Below, in pieces: positions 1 to 12,345 of a DNA stretch of 64,000 nt; the stretch's first letter is position 1, and each line of letters opens with the position of its first letter. The translations under genes and the position numbers were made by a program. The stretch is from Chloroflexota bacterium (GTDB lineage: Bacteria; Chloroflexota; Anaerolineae; CAYNKW01): assembly GCA_049324835.1 (NCBI GenBank), contig JBMOMT010000060.1, positions 126,517-190,516 of the forward strand. Reading direction: 5' to 3'. The notes below the pieces were generated by a model. It searched no databases, had not been told where the DNA came from, and saw only the letters and a list, made by a program, of their open reading frames with translations.

Positions 1-918
1 CCACACGCCGAACAGCCGCTGGCCTGGCAACGCCGCCAGGCTGCTCACCACACCCAGCGCCCCGATGACTCCCGCGCTGGCTCCCAAAATTTCGACGATG
101 TAAACATTAAAGAAAGGGCCAGATATATTCAGTGAGAAATTCCACAACGCGCCCACGGCACAAAAGGCGAGGAAGCCCGGATGATCGCGCAGGTGTCTGC
201 GCATTGGCATCCTGGGGGCAGGCTCGATGGTCTGAGCATCGGCCGTCGTGGCGGGCTCTTGAATGTGGGCAAAGGCCCAAGTCGAGGCCATGCCTACGGC
301 AAAAGCCAGACTCATCGCCAGTTGATAGCCGGCCAGACCGCCGGTGAAGGTGATCAACAACCCTACCAGATAGGTGACCACCATGCCGACGATGCCCATG
401 GCCATGTTACGCGCGGCGAAAAAACGGCCCCGCCACGCTACGGGCACGATATCTGCGGTGAGGGAGACCCAGGCCGGCAGCGCCACGTTGGCCAGGGCCA
501 CCCGCAACACGGCCAGTGTGATGAGCGCGTGAACGGCCAGCGGGCCGTGGAAGGCCAGCGGAACCATCGCTGCGGCCAGCAGCGCCAGCCGGGCCACGCC
601 GCCGCCACTCACCAGGCAGATGCGTTTACGATGGCCCCATCGCTCGACGATGGCCGCCCCGGATAACAGCACCAGCGCCGCGCTCAGGTTGGAAAACGCG
701 TCCATGAGGCCGATCTGGGCGCGACTGGCGCCCAGCGCCAGGGCAAAGAGCGGCAGGTAAGCCAGAACTGTCGAGTCGCTGGCGTTGGCCAGGACACCAT
801 CCAGCCAGAACCAACCCAGATTGAGCTGCACTGTCGGCGACAATGCCGCTGCCCAGTGGCCACCCATCACCAGCGGGAGCGCACCCTGCCGCAGTGACTT
901 CCAGATTGAACGTTCCAT
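1..918 (-). CDS. MFS-type membrane transporter (partial; C-terminal part lies beyond the left window edge)
   Basis: Reverse-strand translation from ATG (revcomp of cat 916-918) gives MERSIWKSLRQGALPLV... then long hydrophobic stretches (LAYLPLFALALGASRAQIGLMDAFSNLSAALVLLSGAAIVERWGHRKR...) with no stop down to position 1. It is missing from the ORF track only because its stop is outside the window. Same strand and 54 nt downstream of the M16 peptidase gene. The + strand ORFs 181..666 and 626..994 in the track are compositional junk. Confidence 0.5.
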   Translation of the reverse strand, partial: MERSIWKSLRQGALPLVMGGHWAAALSPTVQLNLGWFWLDGVLANASDSTVLAYLPLFALALGASRAQIGLMDAFSNLSAALVLLSGAAIVERWGHRKRICLVSGGGVARLALLAAAMVPLAFHGPLAVHALITLAVLRVALANVALPAWVSLTADIVPVAWRGRFFAARNMAMGIVGMVVTYLVGLLITFTGGLAGYQLAMSLAFAVGMASTWAFAHIQEPATTADAQTIEPAPRMPMRRHLRDHPGFLAFCAVGALWNFSLNISGPFFNVYIVEILGASAGVIGALGVVSSLAALPGQRLFGVW

Positions 919-972
919 GCTGCCTGCCAGTCTCAATGGGGCGAGCCTGGTGCCCAGAGGTGCTCCAAAGTG

Positions 973-2256
973 TCAGGCCTCTGGCGCGAACCAACCGATG
1001 GTGCGGTTGGATGGTTTGAGGTAGGTCTGCGCCACACGCTGCACATCTTGCTGAGTGACTGCTGAAAGGTTCTGCAAAAAAGTCGACAGCCGCCGGTAGG
1101 ATTCTACCAGCTCCATGCGTCCCAGCCAGTAGGCGCGATTGCTGACGCTTTCATTGGCGAAAACAAATTGGGCGCGCGCCTGCTTGAGCGTTTTGGTCAA
1201 CTCATCACCGGACACCGGTTCGTCGATGACCCGCTGGGTCTCGGTCAGCATGGCCGCCTCTACCTCCTCCAGCGTGCGACCGGCGCGCACCGTGGCAGAA
1301 AAGGAAAACAGGCCTGGGTCCAGGTTGCCGCCAAAGCTGCTGCCAACCGAGCTGGCCAGCTCGGTCTCGACCAGGGCGCGGTAAAGCCGCGCGCTCTTGT
1401 TGGTCACGGATGGACTCGAAAGGCTCATGGGTTTGGCCCCAGAGAGCACCGCATCCAGCACGAGCAGCGGGTAAAAATCGGTATGGCAGGAATCTGGCAC
1501 GTGATAGACGGCCTGGAAATAGGCTGTGGTGCCCGGCTGACGCAGCGTCACACGGCGTTCGGCCCGCTGGGGCGGTTCGACGATGCCCATCGGCGGCGGT
1601 GGCGGCCCGGCGGGGATAGGCCCAAAATGGGTTTGAATCGAGGCCATCATGGCCGCTGTCTCGAAATCGCCCACCACGGTCAGAATGGCGTTGTGCGGGC
1701 CGTAATAGGTGCGGTAATGCTGCCACAGATCGTCGCGGGTGATGCGTTGTAAATCCTCGCGCCAGCCGATCACCTGGTGGCCGTAAGGATGCACCCGGAA
1801 AGCAGCGGCGGCCACCTCTTCGTAGAGCAAAAAGGCAGGCGAGTTTTCTGCCCCCTGCCGCTCGGAAAGGATGACCGTACGCTCGGATGTGACCTCCTGC
1901 GGATCGAACACCGAATTGGCCATGCGGTCGGCCTCGATGCGTAACCCCAACTGGATACGATCCGCAGGCAACGTCTCAAAGTAGACGGTCTGGTCTTGCG
2001 ACGTAAAGCCGTTGAGCACGCCGCCGTTTTTGTTCACCAGGCGCATGATCTCACCCTTGGGAAAGGCTGGCGTGCCCTTGAACATCATATGCTCCACCCA
2101 ATGCGAGATGCCGGTGAGGCCGGGCCGTTCGTTTCGCCCGCCGACACGATACCAGACCCAGCAGGTGGCTACCGGCGCGGTGTGCACCTCTTGCGACAGC
2201 ACCGTCAGGCCGTTGTCCAACACTGTGCGAGTGACATGGTCCGCGATATGACTCAT
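973..2256 (-). CDS. M16 family zinc peptidase (insulinase/pitrilysin-like)
   Basis: Inverted zincin motif HxxEH (HWVEHMMFKGT). Two-lobed length of about 425 aa. Start moved from the track value 2496 to the internal ATG at 2254-2256 (MSHIADHVTRTVLDNGLTVL...), which overlaps the M20 stop by 4 nt (ATGA coupling). The 80-aa upstream extension is Arg/Gly/Pro-rich read-through of the M20 gene. Confidence 0.75.
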   Translation of the reverse strand: MSHIADHVTRTVLDNGLTVLSQEVHTAPVATCWVWYRVGGRNERPGLTGISHWVEHMMFKGTPAFPKGEIMRLVNKNGGVLNGFTSQDQTVYFETLPADRIQLGLRIEADRMANSVFDPQEVTSERTVILSERQGAENSPAFLLYEEVAAAAFRVHPYGHQVIGWREDLQRITRDDLWQHYRTYYGPHNAILTVVGDFETAAMMASIQTHFGPIPAGPPPPPMGIVEPPQRAERRVTLRQPGTTAYFQAVYHVPDSCHTDFYPLLVLDAVLSGAKPMSLSSPSVTNKSARLYRALVETELASSVGSSFGGNLDPGLFSFSATVRAGRTLEEVEAAMLTETQRVIDEPVSGDELTKTLKQARAQFVFANESVSNRAYWLGRMELVESYRRLSTFLQNLSAVTQQDVQRVAQTYLKPSNRTIGWFAPEA

Positions 2257-3464
2257 GCCTTTTCCTTTCCCAGCTCCAGGGCCAGCCCCATGTAACCCAG
2301 CATGCCCTCGATCAACAGGTCCAGCGGCACGTTTTCGCGCACGGTGTGCAGCGTGGGCGCTTCTGCCGGCCCAAAGCCGATGGTGGGGATGCCGGCCGCC
2401 ATCAGGTGGCCGCCATCGGTGGCAAAGGGCCACACGATCACTTTGACCGGGCGGGCCAGGGTGCGGGCCAGCACCTGCTGGCCTTTGAGCACCCACGGAT
2501 CGTCGGCGGCCAGCGCAAAGGAGGGAAAAACCGCCGGCAACGTTTCTTTCTGGCCGGTGTGGGTGCGCAGCTCATGGCTGTAGAGTGATACCTCACCCTG
2601 ACTGCCCTCGACCTCGGCCAGGCAGCTCTGCAACAAGGGCTGGAGCTGAGCCAGCACGTCGGCGGCCGTTTCTCCTGGGATGTTGCGCCAGTCCAGGTGT
2701 AGCCGGATTTCCCCCGGCAGCACGTTGCCGCTGCTCTGATCCGAGAGGTACAGCGTGGGCGCCACCGAAGAATGACCAAAGGTCTCGTCGTGGGCCAGCG
2801 GCAGCGATTCCAATCGTTGGATGAAACGGGCCAGCACGGCATGGGGATTCACCCCCTGGCGCGGCACGCTGGCATGCACCGACCGGCCCCGCACAGTGAT
2901 CACCGGCTCCACCCGGCCACGGTGGCCGCGAGCCAACTGATTGCTGCTGGCCTCACCCACCACGGCGCAATCGGTGCGCAGGGTCTGAGCCAGCTTGATG
3001 GAGCCCAGCCCACTCACCTCTTCCTGGACGACGGCCGCCACGTAAACGTCGCCGGCAGGGCGGATTTTCTCTCGCGCCAACGCGCCGACGGCGTGGATCA
3101 TGGCCGCCAGCGGGCCTTTCATATCCGCAGTGGCCCGGCCCCATAGCCGGCCATCGTGAATCTCAGCGCCGAAGGGTGGATATAACCAGTCGGCGGCGTC
3201 ACCGGGATCGACGTGATCCATGTGGCCGTTAAACAGGATCGAGCGCCCACTGCTCTGGCCGCGCAGCAGGCCGATGACGTTGCCCCACTCGTCGATCCAG
3301 ACCTCGTCGTAGCCCAGGCGCGCCATCTCGTCGTGTACGAGGTTGGCCACCGGGCCTTCTTCGCCGGGCAGGCTGGGTGTGCGGACGATCTGTTGACAAA
3401 AGGCGATCAGTTCGGCGCGATAACGCGCCGTGAGAGCGGTCAGTGTCTCGTGCAACTCTTGCAC
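2253..3464 (-). CDS. M20 family metallopeptidase (ArgE/DapE/acetylornithine deacetylase-like)
   Basis: M20 metal-binding block ...SILFNGHMDHVDPGD... and a length of about 400 aa. Forms a tight co-directional string M20 -> M16 -> MFS. Confidence 0.7.
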   Translation of the reverse strand: MQELHETLTALTARYRAELIAFCQQIVRTPSLPGEEGPVANLVHDEMARLGYDEVWIDEWGNVIGLLRGQSSGRSILFNGHMDHVDPGDAADWLYPPFGAEIHDGRLWGRATADMKGPLAAMIHAVGALAREKIRPAGDVYVAAVVQEEVSGLGSIKLAQTLRTDCAVVGEASSNQLARGHRGRVEPVITVRGRSVHASVPRQGVNPHAVLARFIQRLESLPLAHDETFGHSSVAPTLYLSDQSSGNVLPGEIRLHLDWRNIPGETAADVLAQLQPLLQSCLAEVEGSQGEVSLYSHELRTHTGQKETLPAVFPSFALAADDPWVLKGQQVLARTLARPVKVIVWPFATDGGHLMAAGIPTIGFGPAEAPTLHTVRENVPLDLLIEGMLGYMGLALELGKEKA

Positions 3465-3559
3465 AATTTTTATCCCCCTCGGCAGTTCGAGTTTTCGGCG
3501 AGTTTACCTCGCCGCCCAACTCGAAGCCATGACCGGTCTGGGCGATCCGGGACGGATGG

Positions 3560-5005
3560 TTACAGCGGCATGTTGCCGTGTTTTCTGGGTGGTGAGGGCG
3601 TCTGTTTGCTGCGTAAAACTGCCAGCGCGCCTACCAGCCGGCCACGGGTTTCCCCAGGCCGGATGATTTGATTGATCAGGCCGGCCTCGGCAGCTTCGAA
3701 GGCTGGCCTGTCGCCGAGCCGAGCCCACGGCCAGGCAAAGGTCAGATCGGCGGTGCGTCCCGGACAGCCCAGGGCTGCGTACAGGCTGCCGGATAGACGA
3801 TGCGTCACCACGGCGATGCGCGGCACTGTGGCCTCGGCGTAGGCAAAGGCCAGGCGCGCCGCATGGCGCACCAGGCCGCGCCTGGCCTGGTCTTTGTCGG
3901 CGGCAAAGCCGGGTGCATCGATCAGCGTGATCAGTGGGATGTTAAAGGCGTCGCACAGGCGCACCAAACGGGCCACCTTGTCGCTGGCATCTATTCCCAG
4001 CCGGCCATCGGTTTCTGCCGATTGCCAGGCCACCACGCCCACGGTGTGACCACTGAGCCGGGCAAAACCAACCACGATGGCAGGGGCAAAGTGGCGGTGC
4101 AGCTCGAAAAAGGTGTCCCGGTCGAAGAGATGGCCGAGCAGACATCGGGCTTCAAGAGGCGAGAAATTGGCGGTGGACAAGAGCGCGTCGAGGGTGTTGC
4201 CGTCTGGTTCGAGGTCGGGGTTGGACGGTGCAACGGGTGGCGCCTGGCGATTGCTGGTGGGCAGGTAACTCAACAGCCGTCGGCAGAGTGTGAGAGCCTC
4301 GGTCTCGTCGTCGGCGACCAGGTGGGCCACGCCGCTCATGCTGGCGTGGGCCATCGCCCCGCCCAGCGTCTCAAAATCGACCTCTTCGCCGGTGACGGTA
4401 CGGATGACATCGGGGCCGGTGATGAACATGTGGCTCAATCCACGCACCATGACGATGAAATCGGTCAGGCCAGGTGAGTAGACCGACCCCCCGGCGCACG
4501 GGCCGAGCATCAGCGAGATCTGGGGCACCACGCCGCTGGCCTGGGTGTTGCGCCAGAACAGATCGGCGTAACCGCTCAGGCTGCGCACCCCTTCCTGGAT
4601 GCGTGCGCCCACCGAGTCGTTGAGGCCGATGATCGGGTGGCCGCTTTGCAGGGCCAGTTCCATGACGCGGGCTACCTTGAGGGCCTGAGCTTCGGAGAAG
4701 GAGCCGCCAAAGACGGTAAAGTCCTGGGCATAGACGCACACCAGGCGGCCATCGACTGTGCCCGCGCCGGCGACGACGGCGTCGCCTGGCACGCGCCGCC
4801 CGGCCATATCGAAATCGGTGGCGCGGTGGGTCAGGTAGGGGTCTAGTTCCTGAAAGCTGCCCTGGTCCAGGAAACGGTCGATGCGCTCACGGGCGGTGAG
4901 CTTGCCCCTGGCGTGCTGGGCGTCGATCTGCTGCCTTCCTCCGCCCTGGCGGGCCTGGTCGCGGTAGGCCTCCAGTTTCTTCAGGTCATCTGCGGCTAGT
5001 ATCAT
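3560..5005 (-). CDS. acyl-CoA carboxylase carboxyltransferase (beta) subunit, PccB/AccD5-like
   Basis: N-terminus MILAADDLKKLEAYRDQARQGGG...HARGKLTARERIDRFLDQGSFQE and tandem carboxyltransferase N/C halves. 481 aa. Confidence 0.8.
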   Translation of the reverse strand: MILAADDLKKLEAYRDQARQGGGRQQIDAQHARGKLTARERIDRFLDQGSFQELDPYLTHRATDFDMAGRRVPGDAVVAGAGTVDGRLVCVYAQDFTVFGGSFSEAQALKVARVMELALQSGHPIIGLNDSVGARIQEGVRSLSGYADLFWRNTQASGVVPQISLMLGPCAGGSVYSPGLTDFIVMVRGLSHMFITGPDVIRTVTGEEVDFETLGGAMAHASMSGVAHLVADDETEALTLCRRLLSYLPTSNRQAPPVAPSNPDLEPDGNTLDALLSTANFSPLEARCLLGHLFDRDTFFELHRHFAPAIVVGFARLSGHTVGVVAWQSAETDGRLGIDASDKVARLVRLCDAFNIPLITLIDAPGFAADKDQARRGLVRHAARLAFAYAEATVPRIAVVTHRLSGSLYAALGCPGRTADLTFAWPWARLGDRPAFEAAEAGLINQIIRPGETRGRLVGALAVLRSKQTPSPPRKHGNMPL

Positions 5006-5027
5006 GGTTTTCTCTCTGAGTACAGGC

Positions 5028-6434
5028 TCAATACGCGCCTCGACGGCGTAACACCGCGCCGATGGTGCGCCACAGGATTTTGAGATCCAGCAGGAGCGAA
5101 TAGTTTTTGATGTAGAACAGGTCTTCTTCGGTGTGCAGGTGCAAGGGTTTCTCGGAGCGGCCGTTCACCTGCCACCAGCCGGTGAGGCCCTGGGGTACGG
5201 TGAAGCGTTTGAGCTGCCAGTTTTCGTACCGATCTACCAGCCAGGGCAGTTCGGGGCGCGGCCCCACCAGGGTCATATCACCTTTGAGCACGTTGAACAA
5301 CTGGGGCAACTCGTCCAGGCTAAAGGCACGCAGAAAGCGACCCACGCGGGTGACGCGCGGGTCATCGGGGTGTTTGTGGATCATGTCGCCTTGGGCTGTG
5401 GTGCGGATCATCTCTGCCGAATGTGCCTCGGCGCCTCTGACCATGGAGCGGAATTTGAACATCCAAAAGAGCCGGCCGTTTTCTCCCATACGCTGCTGTT
5501 TGAAAATGACCGGTCCGGGCGAGTCGAGTCGGATGGCGAGGGTGATGAGGCCCATCAACGGCAGGCTGACAAGGGTCAGGACGCTGCCCACCACCAGATC
5601 GAAGGCTCGCTTGACCAGCCGTTGGGTATCGGTCAGCACCGGCTCGCGCAGGGTGATGAGTGGCATGCCGCCGAAATCCTCCACGGCTGCCCGCACAAAG
5701 ACCAGATTAAAATAATCCGGTACCACGCGGATGTTCACCGGTGTCTGCTGCAGGGCATAGGTAACCGCTGCCAGTCGCTCGTGATCTCGCAGGGGCAAGG
5801 CCAGCACCACCTCGTGAACGTCCAGTTGCTCTACCAGCCGGGGAGCATCCTGCGGTGTACCCAGAACGGGCAGACCGTTTTCGCGCAATTGGGGGTCATC
5901 GTCCAGGTAACCCACCACCTCCAGGCCTACCCAGGCGTAACGGCGGATCGTGGCCGCCACTTCTTGACCCACGGTTCCGGCGCCTACGATCAACACCCGC
6001 CGCGACTGATCGCGGTGGCCACCCTGCCAGAAAAAGATCAGCCGCAGAATCAGCCGCAACCCGACGAGGCAGATCAGGTCGAGGATGGCAAAATAGATCA
6101 CCTGCAAACGAGAGATATCACGAAAGGTAAAGTAGAGCATGCCGGCAAAGATAAACGTGGAAGTGAGAACGGCTGCTACGAGCTGTTGCAACTCGTCTTT
6201 CAGGCGCAGCATACGTTGAGGAGTATAGACGGCATAGATTTGGAACACCACGATCCAGATAGGGATGGCCATCAGGTAGATGTAGGCGCTGAGTTGGACG
6301 CCATAGGGCTTGATGGCGGCTCCCCATGGCAGCCAGAGGCGCGCAATGCCGGAAAGACGCAGGGTCGCTGCCGTGAGAGCCAGATCGGTCAGCAGCAACC
6401 ACAAGGCGAAACGCAGACTAGAGCGCTTCAGCAT
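5028..6434 (-). CDS. polyprenyl-phosphate sugar phosphotransferase (bacterial sugar transferase, WbaP/CpsE-like)
   Basis: N-terminal multi-TM region, Rossmann-like stretch VLIVGAGTVGQEVA, and C-terminal sugar-transferase block DELPQLFNVLKGDMTLVGPRPELP...GLTGWWQVNGRS. Start set to internal ATG 6432-6434 (MLKRSSLRFALWLLL). Confidence 0.8.
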   Translation of the reverse strand: MLKRSSLRFALWLLLTDLALTAATLRLSGIARLWLPWGAAIKPYGVQLSAYIYLMAIPIWIVVFQIYAVYTPQRMLRLKDELQQLVAAVLTSTFIFAGMLYFTFRDISRLQVIYFAILDLICLVGLRLILRLIFFWQGGHRDQSRRVLIVGAGTVGQEVAATIRRYAWVGLEVVGYLDDDPQLRENGLPVLGTPQDAPRLVEQLDVHEVVLALPLRDHERLAAVTYALQQTPVNIRVVPDYFNLVFVRAAVEDFGGMPLITLREPVLTDTQRLVKRAFDLVVGSVLTLVSLPLMGLITLAIRLDSPGPVIFKQQRMGENGRLFWMFKFRSMVRGAEAHSAEMIRTTAQGDMIHKHPDDPRVTRVGRFLRAFSLDELPQLFNVLKGDMTLVGPRPELPWLVDRYENWQLKRFTVPQGLTGWWQVNGRSEKPLHLHTEEDLFYIKNYSLLLDLKILWRTIGAVLRRRGAY

Positions 6435-6620
6435 TGAGCCTATCTCCCCCTTTGACTGGATGCGAACGCTGGCAGGCATTATATCACAAAGGTACCAGGG
6501 CGGCAAAGTGGAGGGGCGGCAGCGGGGGTATTTTACTTTTCACTCCAGTTGATATACAATAACCTCCAGCCCGATGTGATTTCACGTCCGGGAAAGTCAA
6601 ACAGTTGGAGGCGACAGCCA

Positions 6621-9071
<2,451 letters not shown>

Positions 9072-9092
9072 GTCTACCAGGAGGGGCAGTAG

Positions 9093-10166
9093 ATGAGGCA
9101 TGGCGGCAGGCTGTTAGGGCTGACATTGGCGTTGGCGGCGATGCTGCTGTCGGCGTGTGGCCGTCGAGATCTGACAGCACAGACGGAAATCGACCTGGCG
9201 CAAATCTTGCCTGCCTCATTGCGCGCCAAGAGTATCCAACGCCTCGATCCGGCAGCCGGAATAACCCGCCAATGGCTGGTGCTGTATGAATATGACTTTA
9301 CCGGAGAGTTCAGCCCCATCGCCGGGGTGGTGTATCGCGCCGATCGGGGGGGCAGCAACCGGCCGCCGGTGGTTTACCCTTATCCCCTTCAATTGCCAGA
9401 TCGAGACTACCTGGGCACTGACCAGGTGACCGTGGAGCCGCGCGACGTGCTCACCGCCCAGCCTGGCGCCGAGCTGGTGGTGGAGAACAGAAACGCCGCC
9501 GGCTTTGTGACCGAGGCGGCCATCTTTCGCTGGCACGATCCTTTTGCCGATGAAGTCTGGCGCGATCATAACCTGGAAGAGCGTTATTACGAGTGTATGG
9601 GGTTCTTTCGCAGCAATGGCCAGGTCACGGTGGGGTCGGATCTGGTGACTGTCGAAGAGTGGGTGGGTGATCGCAGCCAACTGGCTCGTATTCACACCTA
9701 TAAACCGGATGAACGAGGTTCTTACCTTGTTGATGGCATCACGGTCAGAGCAGCAGAGCGCTCCTACATCAATTTTGCGTTTGGTCAGAGCACCGACATC
9801 CTGGCCTCGCCTTACCCGGAAAAGATCGTCCTCGCCTTTTACAATGCTCTGGGTGGCCCCACCGAAGCGCTCAAACCTTATCTGAGCCAGGCCGGGCAGG
9901 AATTACTCGGCGCCGGGCTTGTGGGCTACGGATGTGTCTGGCCGCCGAGCCAGGTGGCCAGAGCCAGCGTATACGAAATCTCTTATTACCCTGGTGTGGA
10001 AACTCAGGCCAGGCAGGATGAGGCTCGCCGGGCGCTGGTGGAACTCAAGGTGCAGTGTTGGTCTCGAACGGGCCAGGCTATGCCGGAGGAAGCCCACGTC
10101 GGGTGGTTCCTGGTTCGAGAAAAAGGGAACTGGAGGATGGATCAGGTGTATCGGCCGGCGCAATGA
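9093..10166 (+). CDS. hypothetical lipoprotein
   Basis: Signal peptide with lipobox (LALAAMLLSACGRRD). 357 aa with no recognisable catalytic motif. GGAGGGG RBS at 9079-9086. Confidence 0.5.
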   Translation: MRHGGRLLGLTLALAAMLLSACGRRDLTAQTEIDLAQILPASLRAKSIQRLDPAAGITRQWLVLYEYDFTGEFSPIAGVVYRADRGGSNRPPVVYPYPLQLPDRDYLGTDQVTVEPRDVLTAQPGAELVVENRNAAGFVTEAAIFRWHDPFADEVWRDHNLEERYYECMGFFRSNGQVTVGSDLVTVEEWVGDRSQLARIHTYKPDERGSYLVDGITVRAAERSYINFAFGQSTDILASPYPEKIVLAFYNALGGPTEALKPYLSQAGQELLGAGLVGYGCVWPPSQVARASVYEISYYPGVETQARQDEARRALVELKVQCWSRTGQAMPEEAHVGWFLVREKGNWRMDQVYRPAQ

Positions 10167-10173
10167 CCGGTTG

Positions 10174-10305
10174 GCGCCTGCTCACCCTCCCGCAGGTTTT
10201 TGTAGCGGCGCGGCATGCCGCGCCGCTTATACTGCTACAGTTTGCAGACTTGGCAGGTCCAGCCGGCCAGATTTTAGCCTGCGGGAGGGTAGGCTGAGCA
10301 GTTAC
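10174..10305. repeat. MITE-like repeat element, copy A (reverse orientation relative to copies B/C), flanked by 8-bp direct repeat ACCGGTTG
   Basis: Termini ..CTGCTCACCCTCCCGCAGG / CCTGCGGGAGGGTAGGCTGAGCAGTTAC match copies at 21368, 44119 and 61347. Direct repeat ACCGGTTG at 10166-10173 and 10306-10313. Internal palindrome GCGGCGCGGCATGCCGCGCCGC. Fills the whole gap between the lipoprotein gene and the rsfS 3' end. Confidence 0.75.
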
Positions 10306-10314
10306 ACCGGTTGT

Positions 10315-10677
10315 TTATTGCATCTTGACCACCACCGGTGCGTCCGACCAGAGAGCTTCTAGCTGATAATAGTCTCGCGTGGCGGGCGAGAAAATATGAA
10401 CGATCACCCCGCCATAGTCCATCAACATCCAGCCCGAGGCCGATGTGCCCTCGATGCGCAGAGGGATGATACCCAACTGTTTTTTCACCTGAAACCGGAT
10501 CTCGTCCACGATTGCCTGAATCTGCCGATCGCTCTCGCCACTGCAAATGACAAAGTAATCTCCCAGCAACGAGACCGGGCGAATGTCGAGTATGACCGTG
10601 TTCAAGCCCATCTTTTCCGCGATGGCGTCCAGGGCCAGGTGGGCCAATTCTTGCGAGTCTACCGTATTCAGTGACAT
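10315..10677 (-). CDS. rsfS: ribosomal silencing factor RsfS (Iojap family)
   Basis: MSLNTVDSQELAHLALDAIAEKMGLNTVILDIRPVSLLGDYFVICSGESDRQIQAIVDEI...VIVHIFSPATRDYYQLEALWSDAPV is the typical RsfS sequence. Start at internal ATG 10675-10677. The track extension is junk. Confidence 0.85.
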   Translation of the reverse strand: MSLNTVDSQELAHLALDAIAEKMGLNTVILDIRPVSLLGDYFVICSGESDRQIQAIVDEIRFQVKKQLGIIPLRIEGTSASGWMLMDYGGVIVHIFSPATRDYYQLEALWSDAPVVVKMQ

Positions 10678-10693
10678 CCTCCTAGAGTTTTTA

Positions 10694-12340
10694 TCACGTT
10701 CCCTGATTTTTGCCAGGCAGGTTGTTCCGTACAGCCGAACTATCTGCCTTGTTCCGCTCACAAATCTCCAACCGATCCCCTCCCCGGCGCTTGGCGGCGT
10801 ACATGGCCTGGTCGGCGGCTTCCAATAACAGGCCGGCATCCTGGGCATCGTGAGGCAAAACCGCCAGCCCGGCGCTGATGGTGACGGGCGGCAAACCCTG
10901 TTGAACCAGACTCTCTGAAACCGAGTGGCGTACCCAGGTTACCACGTCTCCGGCAACCGTTTGCGCTTCGATTTTTTCCCTTCCTGGCAGGATCATCACA
11001 AACTCGTCGCCACCGTAGCGCGCCACCACGCCCTGCCACTTTTCAGCGCAGAACTCGAGCGCCCGGGCCATGGTCGTCAGGACGGTATCACCCTGACGGT
11101 GGCCGTAGGTATCGTTAAAGTTTTTAAAGCTATCCACCTCGATCATCAGCAGCGCCAGGGGTTGGCTCTGTTGCTGGCTTTTTTCGACGTGCTGCCTCAG
11201 GGCCTGTTGAAAGAAACCGTGGTTATACAGGCTGGTCAGGCCGTCGTGGTCGGCCCGCCATTGCACCATCTTGTGAATCTGGGCGTTCTCGATGGCCAGC
11301 GTGGCCGAGTTGGCCAGCGCCGAGAGCACCTCCACGTCGGTCTCGGAGACGCTTTTGCGATCGTCGCAATCCACCACCAGCACCCCGATGGGGCCCGATG
11401 GCGTGCGTAACGCGACAGCCAGTTCCAACAGCGGTCGGGCGGCCATCATCTCCATGCCCTGCGAGCCGTCCACCACGAAAGGCCTGTCGGCCTTGAGCAT
11501 AGCCTCGAAAAGGCGATGATCAAAGTGCAATGGCGACAACTCTTCTTCAGCCTCGCTTCCTTTGCGGGGGCGAAAGCTGTAATACCGATCTGGCATGCCC
11601 TCTTGTTTCTGGCTCAGAAACAACGCCGCGCGTCGAAAATCCAGCACCTTGGTACACACCTGGACGATGCTCTGGAGCGTGTCGTCCGACTTGAGATCGT
11701 AGACGGCATTGTTCACCTCCTGGATGACGGCCAGTTCGGTGAGTCGCTGGGCCAGCCTGTGTTCGCGTTGTTGCCCCCCCCGCAACCAGGACTTGACCTG
11801 GTGGGCAAACTGGCCCAACAGCAGTCCGGCCAACAGCAATAGCAGGCTGGGGTAGAAAAGCTGGCTGCGCAGGTCGTCCGGCAGACCATAGGTCAACAGG
11901 AAAACCGACATCAACCCACTCCAGGCGACAAAGGCCAGCACCAACGTTCCTCGGAAGCCAAAGCGCATGGCGGCTGTCGCCACGACGGGCAGGTACAGGT
12001 GGGCGTAACGGTTGGCGGGGCCCTCCAGTGAGAGGACAAAGCCGCTGAGCAAAACCACATCGATCAACGCCGATCCATAACCCCACCAGGTGGGTAATCG
12101 CTGGCGTACGCGCAGGTCACGATCCAGCAGTAGATTGATCAGCCCGGTGGCGACCGCCATGCCCAGCAAGAGGCCAGGCGTGGCCACCAGTCCGGCAACC
12201 CAGGCCAGGATCGCCCCGCCCCCCAATGCCGCCCAGCGCAGATACCAGATGGTTCGCTCGACCTGGAGCGCGCTGCCAAAGAAAAAAGAGTCATCTTGTG
12301 CTGCGGGTTCCGCTCTCACCGGAGAAAAGCCGCTTTGCAT
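10694..12340 (-). CDS. membrane-anchored GAF-GGDEF diguanylate cyclase
   Basis: N-terminal TM helices, central GAF-like region, and C-terminal GGDEF domain with RYGGDEFVMILPG and an upstream RxxD-like I-site region. Confidence 0.8.
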   Translation of the reverse strand: MQSGFSPVRAEPAAQDDSFFFGSALQVERTIWYLRWAALGGGAILAWVAGLVATPGLLLGMAVATGLINLLLDRDLRVRQRLPTWWGYGSALIDVVLLSGFVLSLEGPANRYAHLYLPVVATAAMRFGFRGTLVLAFVAWSGLMSVFLLTYGLPDDLRSQLFYPSLLLLLAGLLLGQFAHQVKSWLRGGQQREHRLAQRLTELAVIQEVNNAVYDLKSDDTLQSIVQVCTKVLDFRRAALFLSQKQEGMPDRYYSFRPRKGSEAEEELSPLHFDHRLFEAMLKADRPFVVDGSQGMEMMAARPLLELAVALRTPSGPIGVLVVDCDDRKSVSETDVEVLSALANSATLAIENAQIHKMVQWRADHDGLTSLYNHGFFQQALRQHVEKSQQQSQPLALLMIEVDSFKNFNDTYGHRQGDTVLTTMARALEFCAEKWQGVVARYGGDEFVMILPGREKIEAQTVAGDVVTWVRHSVSESLVQQGLPPVTISAGLAVLPHDAQDAGLLLEAADQAMYAAKRRGGDRLEICERNKADSSAVRNNLPGKNQGT

Positions 12341-12345
12341 TGAAA

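Noticed and set aside
181-994. Plus-strand 161-aa ORF, minus-strand 122-aa ORF, and plus-strand 79-aa ORF at the window start
   Set aside because: The region is covered by a stop-free, hydrophobic minus-strand frame (MFS-like transporter) that the track omits because its stop lies outside the window.
973-2496. 507-aa version of the M16 peptidase ORF
   Set aside because: The first 80 codons overlap the M20 gene and are Pro/Gly/Arg-rich. The internal ATG at 2256 gives the canonical start with ATGA overlap.
5133-6437. 434-aa plus-strand ORF
   Set aside because: It is antisense to the sugar phosphotransferase gene, with low-complexity His/Gln/Gly composition.
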